A stretch of 64,000 bases of DNA from Candidatus Dojkabacteria bacterium (GCA_035444565.1 DAOMOX010000003.1:95488-159487), one strand, 5' to 3'. Shown: positions 48,169-58,198, counted from the stretch's first letter. Program-made: numbers and translations. The notes: generated by a model from the sequence alone, not told the origin.

Positions 48169-49014
48169 TTATTCAAAATTTTTAATATCTCTCCATATTT
48201 GTAAATAACTCTGTAAATCCTCAGGGTGATGCTTGCGACATGAAGATATCCTTTTAAATAGAGAAATCTTAAGAAAATCTGATTTCCGATCTAAGTTAAT
48301 TGGGAAGATTTTTAGAAACCTTGATAGACATGTATCGTAGTTTTTAGGATTAATTTGCTCAGGAGTAGAGCAAAAAGCAAATAAGAGATCATATAAAGGG
48401 TGACCTATTATTGGATCGGGATCAATTATCCCTAGAGGTTTATCAAACGTGTAGAAGATATTATGAAATCCGAAATCACCATGAATCAGATACTTCGTTG
48501 AGAAGTAATCATGAGAGTATCTTATTTTTATCAGGTCAACCAGTGAATTTAATTCGTCCACTTGAAAAATATCCGAGATATATTTATATGCTTCCTGCGA
48601 TTGCTTAATAATGAAGTCAGCAAAAGACTTAGCTGTAAGAAATCCACTAAGAAACCCAAATCTTTCAGTTTGGGAAATTATTTTATACTTGCTTAAGAAC
48701 GATTCTGTAAGAATCTCTAATATTTCTATCTTGCTGTAGTTTTCACGCAATTTCTTTAAATCTAGATAATCGATTATAAGCTCGTCTGGTTTTGAATATA
48801 TTAATCTAGGTAGGTAAGGTAATTCTGAGTATTCTTTGTAGAAAAACGCTTGTGGAGAGATCGAGTTAACAGCACCTGATTTATATACATATTTTCTGTT
48901 TTTTGACGTTTTTAGGAGAAATATATTATCGCCAGACCCACCAGATAATCTCCTTGAAGAAGTGATCTCACAATCTAATATTAGTTCAATCTCCTGTACT
49001 TTTTTATGATTCAT
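48169..49014 (-). CDS. APH/choline-kinase-like phosphotransferase
   Basis: LIHGDFGFHN, IIDP, GHPLYDL. Confidence 0.85.
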   Translation of the reverse strand: MNHKKVQEIELILDCEITSSRRLSGGSGDNIFLLKTSKNRKYVYKSGAVNSISPQAFFYKEYSELPYLPRLIYSKPDELIIDYLDLKKLRENYSKIEILEILTESFLSKYKIISQTERFGFLSGFLTAKSFADFIIKQSQEAYKYISDIFQVDELNSLVDLIKIRYSHDYFSTKYLIHGDFGFHNIFYTFDKPLGIIDPDPIIGHPLYDLLFAFCSTPEQINPKNYDTCLSRFLKIFPINLDRKSDFLKISLFKRISSCRKHHPEDLQSYLQIWRDIKNFE

Positions 49015-49141
49015 ATTACATGTAAATTTTCACTCGAACATATGAATTATGACTTGAATAAAGCGTTAGTTTAAGCTTAAAAACCTACCGTTCTATCCTC
49101 CCTAAAATTTTAGTGCTTGCATATAAGCCTTATCGAAGATT

Positions 49142-49226
49142 CGGAGAGGACAGGATTCGAACCTGCGGTCCCTTGCGGAACATTGGTTTTCAAGACCAAC
49201 TCATTAGACCACTCTGACACCTCTCC
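49142..49226 (-). tRNA. tRNA-Ser(TGA), CCA not encoded
   Basis: Acceptor GGAGAGG/CCTCTCC-G, anticodon loop CTTGAAA, long variable arm, GGTTCGAATCC. Confidence 0.96.
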
Positions 49227-49875
49227 ATATTAAATTGTAACACTTAGGTTTTTCCCTCTTCGCTATGCTACGAGGGACTAATTCGCGTAAGTTCGCCTTA
49301 TGGCTCACTAACCGCTCATTGAGCAAGACCAGCTCATTAGACTTCATCCCGCCTTGGCGGGACAAGCTCTGACACCTCTCCATATTAAATTGTAACACTT
49401 AGGTTTTTCCCTCTTCGCTATGCTACGAGGGACTAATTCGCGTAAGTTCGCCTTATGGCTCACTAACCGCTCATTGAGCAAGACCAGCTCATTAGACTTC
49501 ATCCCGCCTTGGCGGGACAAGCTCTGACACCTCTCCATATTAAATTGTAATTGATTGGTTTTTCCCCTACGGGGATCAGTTCAGGTAAACTCTCCCCTCT
49601 TCTGACTTTGTCAGCAGATGGGATTGTTAACCCTTCACAGTCTAGACCAGCTCAAAATGCTCTGCTTGCCCTTCGGAGCCTTGGCAAAGAAGGGACACCT
49701 CTCCATTTTTTCTACGAAATTGGGAATTTCTATTAAATTGTAATACCTTGGTTTTTCCCCTATGGGGATTAATTCGCATAAGCTCGCACTACGTTTCGCT
49801 TGTGCTTGCTAACTCCTTAGTTATAAGACCAACACTATAAACATCATCCTACACTTACTTGAAGTGTAGGACATT
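49212..49875 (-). repeat. Tandem array of hairpin-interrupted tRNA-Ser 5' halves
   Basis: Identical 155-bp units 49212-49366 and 49367-49521, then two diverged units to about 49875. Confidence 0.9.
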
Positions 49876-50050
49876 CTCTTCCCGCAAATTCTTATGGATA
49901 AATTATATCAGATATATTCTTATATTCTAATTTTCCTAAACTTCTCTCCAATTCATTTGTTTTAATATGTTGTAATCTTTATTATTTATTTTAAAAAGAG
50001 AGGTAATTTGTATATACAATATAAATAATTAGAAAAAGAATTATTGGTGA

Positions 50051-51109
50051 TTATTCTGATAATAGAAATTCAGTAAGAATTGCTTGATACTTTCTAAGGC
50101 TTGATATGCTAACCCATTCCTTATCAGTTCCGATTCCACCCCCAACAGGACCAAATTCTACTCCTGCGCAATTTACTTCTGTGAAATGTCTTGCATCAGA
50201 TGAACCATTTGCACCATAAAATTTTACAGAGTTTTTTGTGAAATTCGATACAATTCTTTGTAGTTTTATTAAATTAGGATCTGTCTCTTTTACATATAAA
50301 CTGGGTTCATTTACTACGATTTCAATTTCAAAAGTATTATCTAACAATGACTTAATATTATCTAAAATTGTTTCGCTATCTTCGGGTATATAACGGATAT
50401 CTAAATCTATAGTGCATTTATCTGGGATTTTATTGAAACTCTCGTTTGTGGTAGAAATATTACTTAAATTCAAAGTAGATTGCCAAGAATCTTTTAGGGG
50501 AATGGGAAAAGTCTTTTCAAGCTGAGTCAATAAATTATGCATCTTCCAAATTGCGTTTTTCCCTCGCCATGGATATGCTCCATGAGCTGTTTTTCCCTTT
50601 GTTGTTATTCTCAGCCAGATAATACCTTTAGCTTTATTCACTATATTAAATCCTGTAGATTCACCTGCAATAACGAAATTACTTCTTACCCCTTCTTGTA
50701 TTTGGTACTTGGTTCCATCAAATCCACCAGTTTCTTCATCTGTAACTAACTGTAGTCCAAGTGGATATTTTACTTTTTTAGCAACATTGTTAAAAACAGA
50801 AACAAGTGAGGCGACGTTACCCTTCATGTCCATTGCCCCGACACCATATAATCTATCACCTGTAATTACGGGAGTAAATTGTTTTTCTTTCCCAGGTATA
50901 ATATCAAGATGACCATTTAAAATATACTTGAAAATTTTAGGTCGTTTACTTCTGTTATACACTAAAACACTATTTTTCCCGTTTGATTTAAAATTCTCAA
51001 TAGTATAATCAGTTAGAGAGCTCAAACATAAATCTAATGCTTCATTTAAAGCCTTTGTATTTCCTGGAATAGTTTTGATTCTAATTAATTTTTTAGTTAG
51101 ATTAAGCAT
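50051..51109 (-). CDS. M20 family metallopeptidase (ArgE/DapE-like)
   Basis: NGHLD, YGVGAMDMKG, DEETGG, AHGAYPW, SDARH; ATG 51109 overlaps upstream stop. Confidence 0.9.
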   Translation of the reverse strand: MLNLTKKLIRIKTIPGNTKALNEALDLCLSSLTDYTIENFKSNGKNSVLVYNRSKRPKIFKYILNGHLDIIPGKEKQFTPVITGDRLYGVGAMDMKGNVASLVSVFNNVAKKVKYPLGLQLVTDEETGGFDGTKYQIQEGVRSNFVIAGESTGFNIVNKAKGIIWLRITTKGKTAHGAYPWRGKNAIWKMHNLLTQLEKTFPIPLKDSWQSTLNLSNISTTNESFNKIPDKCTIDLDIRYIPEDSETILDNIKSLLDNTFEIEIVVNEPSLYVKETDPNLIKLQRIVSNFTKNSVKFYGANGSSDARHFTEVNCAGVEFGPVGGGIGTDKEWVSISSLRKYQAILTEFLLSE

Positions 51110-53114
51110 CGCTAGATAGGTTAGGATAAATTGGAAGCCAGTGAGTGAGTCCATTACCATGAACATTATTCTTTTTCCCTTCCCTAGAACCTGTTGGGAT
51201 CGCGGATCTGAATCCACCCATAAACCGTGGTAAACCACCCACAAGAGAAAAGAAGTTTCTGTCAATAACAATTGTTGGAACACCGTTTATAATTGCCTCG
51301 GGATTCTTTAATTCGGGTTGAACGACATAACATCCTCTTTCTTCGATGTCTCTTAATAATTCTCTTAAACCGTTTACTTTACGGAAATTTAAGGTGTGAT
51401 GACCGTAGGCTCCGTATGTACGTTTTAATGGTTTAAATCTCGTTCCTTTTTCTCCATTTTCTACTTCTGGAACATCGATACCTCTCAAAGCTAGATGGTG
51501 AGCATAAACTTCTGAAATTAGCATTCCACTCGGAGCAGTTTCAAGCAGTTGTTTAATTTGTTTTAATGATTGCGTACTTACATGATTGCTATCGTGTGTA
51601 AGAAGGTCCAATCCAAAAGCTTTAATTACACCATGCTTTAAATCTATTCCTAGCTTAGATAATTGTTTCATGCCTTGTTCACTAAAAACGCTTGAAATAG
51701 GTAATTGATCAAAAAGTTGTAATAAGAGGTCTCTTTCAAGATCTTCATATAGATGGATCGCAAAATTTTCGTCAGCATCCTGCAAATCTGTGTTTGATCG
51801 CGATACATCTTTAAATCCTCTACCTGATAAATCAAAAACTTGCTGTTTTAGTATAGGTGAATAATAATTAGCACTAGGTAAAAATTTCTTAATTTGTTGG
51901 AGAACCACCTCTCTAAGAAATCTTTGAGAATATATTTTGTTTAAATCTTCCGATCCATTAATTTGCAATCCCATCCCGATTGTCTCCATATATTCCTTTG
52001 TATCATTAATCATTTGGGATAAATCCATATCAGGTCCGTCTATATTTAATGTTAAAGAATACATTTTTATATACCTTCTCATATCTGCATCATTTAGTAA
52101 AGATTCCGGGGCTTCGGATGTTGGATCTTTTAGTTTGCTTATAGGATCAGAGGATCTAACTACAAATACATAATCACTATGATTACCGTTTTCTTGTCTA
52201 TATGTTTGTAATTCTTGTGGACTAAAAACCTTATCGAATCCTGTTAACCTATATACCTCATCATCTGGTAATGGTTCATCCGATGTTTTTCCAAATTCAC
52301 TTCCCTTAATTGCGTCGTATTTAGGATCTGTGACTGCAACAATAGCTATTTTTTTCCCACTAATCGTACGCATATGTTCAAGTGTTTCCCTAAACTGAGA
52401 TTCAAAGAAACTGGGCTCACCATTGGGACTTGGAAACATTTTTGATAAAAGTTGATACATTGCAAGTGAATTTTCTAATTCGAAAATTCCTCCACGTATT
52501 ATCTCTTTTACATCGTTAGGAGTCATAGATTCTGCTAGTTCAAGAAACGATTGTGGTAATGCTGTCATATCAATCTGAACCATCATATTAATAGGATTAC
52601 CTTCAGAATCAATTATAAACTGATAATCAGTTTCCCATTCTCGATTCTTTGCTACTAAGTCTCTAAATGCTTTATTATATTCATCATATAATTCAACCAA
52701 TGCAGTGATTACAATATTTGGATAGAATGTGGGATTATCAGGTAAGGTAACAAATGGACCTGCAGTAGACTCTATAAAGTGTTGACTTCGAACAACAGGT
52801 CCTCCCTCTCTGTAATTTATTCCAGGTTTTTGTGGTGGTGATGCAATTGCACCTTGTACGTAGGGATGGTTTGTGTCCAATTCACCGCGATGAGCTCCTA
52901 AAACAATTAATTCTGTAGGAGTGTCAGGAAAAGTATAACCAAGAATAATTACAGGTGTATTAATGATTTGAACTTCAGCACCATTACCATTTGTTTGTAG
53001 TATTCGTGCACGAACTTCATGACCTTCTAGAGAAAGGTGATGATGGTGTGAGGTATGATTAGTTGAACTATCAAAAGGTAATACCGGTCCATTAACATTT
53101 TCATATTGCGTCAT
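51102..53114 (-). CDS. Large hypothetical protein with ATP-grasp-like C-terminus
   Basis: RFKPLKRTYGAYG, YVVQPE, DRNFF...GGFRS, NNVHG; start ATG 53114, downstream of the terminator. Confidence 0.6.
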   Translation of the reverse strand: MTQYENVNGPVLPFDSSTNHTSHHHHLSLEGHEVRARILQTNGNGAEVQIINTPVIILGYTFPDTPTELIVLGAHRGELDTNHPYVQGAIASPPQKPGINYREGGPVVRSQHFIESTAGPFVTLPDNPTFYPNIVITALVELYDEYNKAFRDLVAKNREWETDYQFIIDSEGNPINMMVQIDMTALPQSFLELAESMTPNDVKEIIRGGIFELENSLAMYQLLSKMFPSPNGEPSFFESQFRETLEHMRTISGKKIAIVAVTDPKYDAIKGSEFGKTSDEPLPDDEVYRLTGFDKVFSPQELQTYRQENGNHSDYVFVVRSSDPISKLKDPTSEAPESLLNDADMRRYIKMYSLTLNIDGPDMDLSQMINDTKEYMETIGMGLQINGSEDLNKIYSQRFLREVVLQQIKKFLPSANYYSPILKQQVFDLSGRGFKDVSRSNTDLQDADENFAIHLYEDLERDLLLQLFDQLPISSVFSEQGMKQLSKLGIDLKHGVIKAFGLDLLTHDSNHVSTQSLKQIKQLLETAPSGMLISEVYAHHLALRGIDVPEVENGEKGTRFKPLKRTYGAYGHHTLNFRKVNGLRELLRDIEERGCYVVQPELKNPEAIINGVPTIVIDRNFFSLVGGLPRFMGGFRSAIPTGSREGKKNNVHGNGLTHWLPIYPNLSSDA

Positions 53115-53126
53115 AATAACTATTTT

Positions 53127-53190
53127 AAAAAACAAAAAAACCGCCTTTCGGCGGGATAAATAATTTTCATTCATATCATCCTACGCCGAG
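53127..53190 (-). promoter_or_regulatory. Attenuator terminator/antiterminator
   Basis: CCGCC-GAAA-GGCGG-T7 terminator; TCGGCG(TA)GGAT can pair with ATCCCGCCGA. Confidence 0.85.
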
Positions 53191-53238
53191 TTAACGGTTG
53201 GTAAAGAGGATGATAATAAATGAACTGTTGTAATACAT
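53191..53238 (-). CDS. Putative leader peptide MYYNSSFIIILFTNR
   Basis: 15-codon ORF; Ser-Phe-Ile-Ile-Ile-Leu codons pair with downstream AGGATGATATGAATGAA. Confidence 0.7.
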   Translation of the reverse strand: MYYNSSFIIILFTNR

Positions 53239-53312
53239 TTCTATAGTTTTAACAAAAACTTTTCGAATTTTAACATGATACTTTTCATCTGACAACAATA
53301 TCTTATATTTTT

Positions 53313-53927
53313 TTAGTCCAGTTTGTTAGATATTAATCTATAAAGCTGGAATCCGAATACTGCGCCTAGTAAATCAATAAACACATAAACCACTGAAGAG
53401 ACTCCCAAACCTAACATGACCGCTGGGTTTAGAAATGCTCCGGCTCCAAATAAAGAAGCTATTGCTAAACCAACTAACAATGAACCACCGATCACTACTC
53501 CGTATAATTCATCATCAACTGCTTTATGTACTACAGCGGAAATTCCAAAAGTGAAAATCAACATTCCAAGGAACTCACCAAATAATGCTGAATTTTCAGT
53601 TGAAAATCTGATTGGAGACGTTAAATCTAGGAAATTTGATAAATAGAATGCTGACGCACCTCCAAGTAATTGAGCCATTAGATATGCAAGTGCTTGTTTG
53701 GCTTTAATTTTCTTCAGTGAGAAAATTCCAAGAGTAACACCTGGATTTAAGTGGGAACCAGATATACTACCAATGGTATAAACGAATATCAGCAAAGTAA
53801 GCGCTGCCAACACAGCTGTTGAGACAGTGAAGTCACCTGCAACTGATACAATAACAACGATTGACAGAATAAAAGTCCCAAAGAATTCTGCAAAATACTT
53901 TTTTAAGTTTTGTGTATCTATTTCCAT
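53313..53927 (-). CDS. MIP/aquaporin family channel
   Basis: AEFFGTF, ISGSHLNPG, FLNPA. Confidence 0.9.
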   Translation of the reverse strand: MEIDTQNLKKYFAEFFGTFILSIVVIVSVAGDFTVSTAVLAALTLLIFVYTIGSISGSHLNPGVTLGIFSLKKIKAKQALAYLMAQLLGGASAFYLSNFLDLTSPIRFSTENSALFGEFLGMLIFTFGISAVVHKAVDDELYGVVIGGSLLVGLAIASLFGAGAFLNPAVMLGLGVSSVVYVFIDLLGAVFGFQLYRLISNKLD

Positions 53928-53950
53928 GATAAATTTTGTAAAAAATAAAA

Positions 53951-55096
53951 TTAATTTTGTAGAATTTTTTCAATTAACTTAACTGAAAGTCTTACACATG
54001 GGTCAAATGTATTCAAGTATAGAAACTCGTCTTTTGTATGTTCCCCTCCTCCAGGCGGTCCAAGATAATCAAGACATGAGATTTCAGGATTAAATGAAGT
54101 AAGTCTGTTCATATCAGATGCACCACCTTTATGTACCGAGTCAATTTCTAAACCTATTTCCTTGCCTACTTGGCGTGCAAGTTTAAAAAGTTTTAAATTA
54201 TTTTCTGTCTCCTCTACTGGGAAACCGTTAACTTTATTGGTTGTTTCTAGTTTGATAACTTTATCCTTGGGAGTTATTGCCTCGATAGCAGATTTTACAC
54301 GGTTATACTCTTCAATACTGTCTAATCTTGCATCGAGAAAAATCTCAGCTTCGGGTGCTAGGACATTAAGCGCTTGCCCTCCATTAAATTTACCAATGTT
54401 AATTGTAGTGCCTTTTTTGTAATCAGATAGTCTTAAAATATCTTGAGATTGAGATAATAGTTCATGTATTGCACTATGTCTCATACTTTCTTTATTTAAT
54501 ACTCCTGAGTGTCCACCAGGTCCATTGGCTTTTATTGAATATCCTAAAATTCCCTTTCTCTTTGTAACAAGTAATTTTTCATTTATATTTGGCTTAACGT
54601 CCAAACTCCCCTCCCCTTCGTAAACAAGCAAGTTTTCAATATCTTGGGCAATTTCTTCAAAATCAGGATAATGAGAGGTCAAGAAGTGTTCTTCCTCGCT
54701 CGTGAATAATAAATTAATGTTTTTGAATTGGTTTTTCTTATGGAGCTCCTTGACTGCCTCTAATATAACAAGCACCCCAGCTTTCATATCCGCGGTTCCT
54801 GGTCCGAAAAGTTTGTCATCAGTTAGCTTAATTGTAAAGTCAGAAATATCTGGATAAACAATATCTATGTGTCCGGTGAGTGTAATTGATTCTAGTTTTG
54901 AATCCCATTTCTTTGCTTTCCCCATCAAAATTGGGGCTAAATCTTTGTTGGTGGATTCGAATGATACCCAATTTATTGGGATATCCTTTAAATATTCTTT
55001 AACAAATTGTTGTGCTCGGATTACCTCGGATCTTTTAAATGCGAACGAATCTATTCTTATAAATTCAATTAATTTATCTATGACTTCTTTTTTCAT
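53951..55096 (-). CDS. M20 family peptidase (carboxypeptidase G2-like)
   Basis: GHIDIVYP, GPGTADMKAG, SEEE, GGASD, GEHT. Confidence 0.9.
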   Translation of the reverse strand: MKKEVIDKLIEFIRIDSFAFKRSEVIRAQQFVKEYLKDIPINWVSFESTNKDLAPILMGKAKKWDSKLESITLTGHIDIVYPDISDFTIKLTDDKLFGPGTADMKAGVLVILEAVKELHKKNQFKNINLLFTSEEEHFLTSHYPDFEEIAQDIENLLVYEGEGSLDVKPNINEKLLVTKRKGILGYSIKANGPGGHSGVLNKESMRHSAIHELLSQSQDILRLSDYKKGTTINIGKFNGGQALNVLAPEAEIFLDARLDSIEEYNRVKSAIEAITPKDKVIKLETTNKVNGFPVEETENNLKLFKLARQVGKEIGLEIDSVHKGGASDMNRLTSFNPEISCLDYLGPPGGGEHTKDEFLYLNTFDPCVRLSVKLIEKILQN

Positions 55097-55173
55097 TAAT
55101 CACAATTAATTAATTGATTTTACAAGAAATCATTAAATATGCCTATACATTTGATAAATAACATAATTGTAGG

Positions 55174-58100
55174 ATGTTCTATACATTGCTAAAATCCTGC
55201 TATAATAGTCTATCTTTGATTCTGAACAATATGAAATATAGATCTAAATTGACCCCAAAGAAGCGTACTCGCAAGGTAAATCCAGCGAGGATTAAAACTT
55301 ACTCTGGCCAAAATTGGCTCAAACAATCGAAGGCAGGAAGTAAGAAATCTAAAAAGAAAAAAAGAATTACTAGCAAACGTGTAAAAAAGATCTTATATAT
55401 TCTTCTACTTACTTTTGTTGTATTTTGCTTTGTTGGATTGATTGCAGTTCTTACCTATGTGCAGTCTTTAACTGAAGATTTGCCAAGTCCAGACAAGCCT
55501 TTTGGTCCGAAAAACTCTGCTAGTGAAATTTACGATAGAAATGGAAAGTTATTATATAGAGTGTTTGCAGATCAGAATGCAGATCCAGTGAAAATCGAGG
55601 AAGTTCCCGAACTATTGAAATGGTCTTTCCTTGCTGCTGAAGATATAGATTTCTATGAACATCCAGGAGTAGATATACCCGGTGTTATCAGATGTGGATT
55701 AAGGTATGCTACCGACGGAAATGAAACTTGTGGGGCTAGTACTGTTACACAACAGCTTATCAAACAGACAGCACTTACAAACGAAAGAAAAATAGAAAGA
55801 AAAGTTAAAGAAATTATTCTTGCACTTCAAATTGAACAAGATAGAGATAAAGACGAAATCTTGGAGATGTATCTTACAATTGCACCTGAAGGAAGTAATG
55901 TTTATGGTGTTACTTCTGCTTCAAAATTTTATTTTGATAAAGAGTTGAAGGATTTGAATTTGGCAGAGATGGCTATCATAGCAGCAATCCCTCAAGATCC
56001 AACTAGGCTCTCCCCTACCAAATCAGCAAACCCAGAGGAAGCCAAAGTAAAAGTCAAAGCTAGACAGGAATATGTTCTGAACCAACTTGAGAAATATATG
56101 GATAAGATTAATAAAGAAATCAAAGAATCAACTGGACAAGAAAATGCTTTAACAAAAGAGATGATTGATGAAGCTAGAGGTTTTGAGTTGGCATACAAAG
56201 AGCCGAAATTCGAAATTAATGCCCCTCACTTTGTGTTTTTTGCTCAGAAACTGCTACAAAACAGACCATATAATAATGGAGAACCATTTACTTTGAATGA
56301 ACTTGAAACCCAGGGATTACGTATCTACACCACACTTGACTCTGACTATCAGCAAATTGCCGAAGAACAAGTTAAAGTTGGTGTTGATACTTATGGAAAG
56401 CAATTTGGTGCCTCAAATGCTTCATTAGTCTCCTTAAATCCAAAAAATGGGGAGATTTTGGCTATGGTAGGCTCATATGACTATTTTGGAACCGAATCCC
56501 CTGAAGGTTGTACTGTAGGGTTAGATTGTAAATTTGAACCAAAAGTAAATATTTCCGATACTTTACAATCATATGGTTCTTCTATGAAGAGTATGGTCTA
56601 CTATAAAGCAATAATGGACAAGGTCATATTCCCTGGATCAGTATTACCTGACATTCCTATTCAAATAGGCAATTACAAACCAAAAAACTATGAAGGTGGA
56701 TTTATAGGTCTAAATACTGCAAGGCATCATCTTGTTGAATCACGTAATATTCCTGCGATAGAGTTAATCCAAGCGGTTGGAGTTGAGAACTTCATTTTGG
56801 AGATGCAAAAATGGGGCTATACTACGTTCACAAACCCCGAAGGTTATGGACCTGCTGTTTCTGTCGGCGGTGCAGACATAAAACTTATTGAGCATGCTCA
56901 GGCCTATGGCGTTCTTGCCAATGCTGGTAACTTCACTCCATATGAAGCAATATTGAAAATCGAAGATAAATCTGGAGAAATCCTATACGAGCATAAAGCA
57001 GAACCAACGTTAGTTGCAGATCCTAGAGGTGTTTATCTTGTAAATCACATGCTTAATGGTAAAAACAAAGGTCCAGGTGTTAGTTGGGATGGTCGTGATA
57101 TTGCTGGTAAAACAGGAACATCGGAAGGACAAAGAGAAACATTATTCGCAACGTATACACCAGAAATTGTGGCTGTTGGGTGGTTAGGTAATAACAATAA
57201 CGAAGGGATGCGTTATGGAGCATCGGGTTTGACTTCTGCTAAACCATGGGTGTCCGAATTCGTAAAAAGAATTGGAGATTCAATTCCAAAAACTGAATTT
57301 CCCCGCCCCGAAGGTATTGAGTTCAGTAATGCCAGTTGTAAAATTAATGACAAATTCGGATGCGAAAATTACAAAGGTGATTTAGCTATTACTGGTTTCA
57401 AAGTTCCTCCTTACGTGGAATTTCAAGAGGTTGTAGTGTGTACAGATCAGATGGATAGATTGGCTAGAGAAATTGATATCAAAGTAGGACAATCCACCAA
57501 ATTGAATGCAGCTAAATATACTATGCCTGTCAAAGATTTACAGGGATTTTTAGACAATTTCTTGAAAGGAAGTGATAAGTTATTTACTATTCCAACTGAA
57601 TATTGCACGATCAATAGAAATCCTAGTGGTACATCAGAACCATGGGCAAATATATCATCCCCTACTTCGGGTGCAGTATTATCGAAAGAGCTTGTAATTG
57701 CTTATGAAGCATTCTCACCTGACAGTGAAGTTGATAGAGTTGAATTCTATTTGGATAGTACTCTTCTAGGGAAGTCGTCAAACGCATCTGGAAGTGCAGA
57801 TTTCGATATAAGCGGTCAAGCACCTGGAAGTCGAACTTTGAGACTAGTGGTTTTTGATAAAGCTGGAAAAAATGGTACCTCGAGTATACCTGTTGAGATT
57901 AGAGGAGACTTGAAAATCACCTCTCCATCAAACAATTCCGAAGTCAGGAAAGGAGACTTCGTAGATGTAAGATTTAGTTATTCAGGTGGCTCTTTAAATC
58001 AGGTTACATTAATTGTAGATGACAAGGTTGAAACTCAATGCTCAGATTCTAAATGTACTTGGGAAGTTAAAAGTGATACTGGTGAGGTGAAAATAAAAGT

Positions 58101-58194
58101 ACGTGGCAAAAAATCAGGAGAAACTATTGAGTCAAATACTATTACAATCAGAGTGAGAGGTGGTCAGATTGTCCCTACAATCATTCAGAATTAA
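55174..58194 (+). CDS. Class A penicillin-binding protein with C-terminal Ig-like domains
   Basis: EDIDFYEHPG, GASTVTQQL, SSMK, SRN, KTGT; start may be ATG 55231. Confidence 0.93.
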   Translation: MFYTLLKSCYNSLSLILNNMKYRSKLTPKKRTRKVNPARIKTYSGQNWLKQSKAGSKKSKKKKRITSKRVKKILYILLLTFVVFCFVGLIAVLTYVQSLTEDLPSPDKPFGPKNSASEIYDRNGKLLYRVFADQNADPVKIEEVPELLKWSFLAAEDIDFYEHPGVDIPGVIRCGLRYATDGNETCGASTVTQQLIKQTALTNERKIERKVKEIILALQIEQDRDKDEILEMYLTIAPEGSNVYGVTSASKFYFDKELKDLNLAEMAIIAAIPQDPTRLSPTKSANPEEAKVKVKARQEYVLNQLEKYMDKINKEIKESTGQENALTKEMIDEARGFELAYKEPKFEINAPHFVFFAQKLLQNRPYNNGEPFTLNELETQGLRIYTTLDSDYQQIAEEQVKVGVDTYGKQFGASNASLVSLNPKNGEILAMVGSYDYFGTESPEGCTVGLDCKFEPKVNISDTLQSYGSSMKSMVYYKAIMDKVIFPGSVLPDIPIQIGNYKPKNYEGGFIGLNTARHHLVESRNIPAIELIQAVGVENFILEMQKWGYTTFTNPEGYGPAVSVGGADIKLIEHAQAYGVLANAGNFTPYEAILKIEDKSGEILYEHKAEPTLVADPRGVYLVNHMLNGKNKGPGVSWDGRDIAGKTGTSEGQRETLFATYTPEIVAVGWLGNNNNEGMRYGASGLTSAKPWVSEFVKRIGDSIPKTEFPRPEGIEFSNASCKINDKFGCENYKGDLAITGFKVPPYVEFQEVVVCTDQMDRLAREIDIKVGQSTKLNAAKYTMPVKDLQGFLDNFLKGSDKLFTIPTEYCTINRNPSGTSEPWANISSPTSGAVLSKELVIAYEAFSPDSEVDRVEFYLDSTLLGKSSNASGSADFDISGQAPGSRTLRLVVFDKAGKNGTSSIPVEIRGDLKITSPSNNSEVRKGDFVDVRFSYSGGSLNQVTLIVDDKVETQCSDSKCTWEVKSDTGEVKIKVRGKKSGETIESNTITIRVRGGQIVPTIIQN

Positions 58195-58198
58195 CCAG

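Noticed and set aside
49204-49736. Short ORFs (64, 64, 61 aa) in the tRNA-Ser array
   Set aside because: By-products of the repeat units, overlapping tRNA-derived sequence
49212-49875. CRISPR array
   Set aside because: 155-bp units with identical internal sequence, tRNA-derived scaffold, no cas genes in window
51110-51283. Extended N-terminus of the M20 peptidase (410-aa call)
   Set aside because: Overlaps the upstream gene by about 180 nt; ATG 51109 gives normal coupling
53115-53174. Extended start of the 690-aa ORF
   Set aside because: Lies inside the attenuator hairpins
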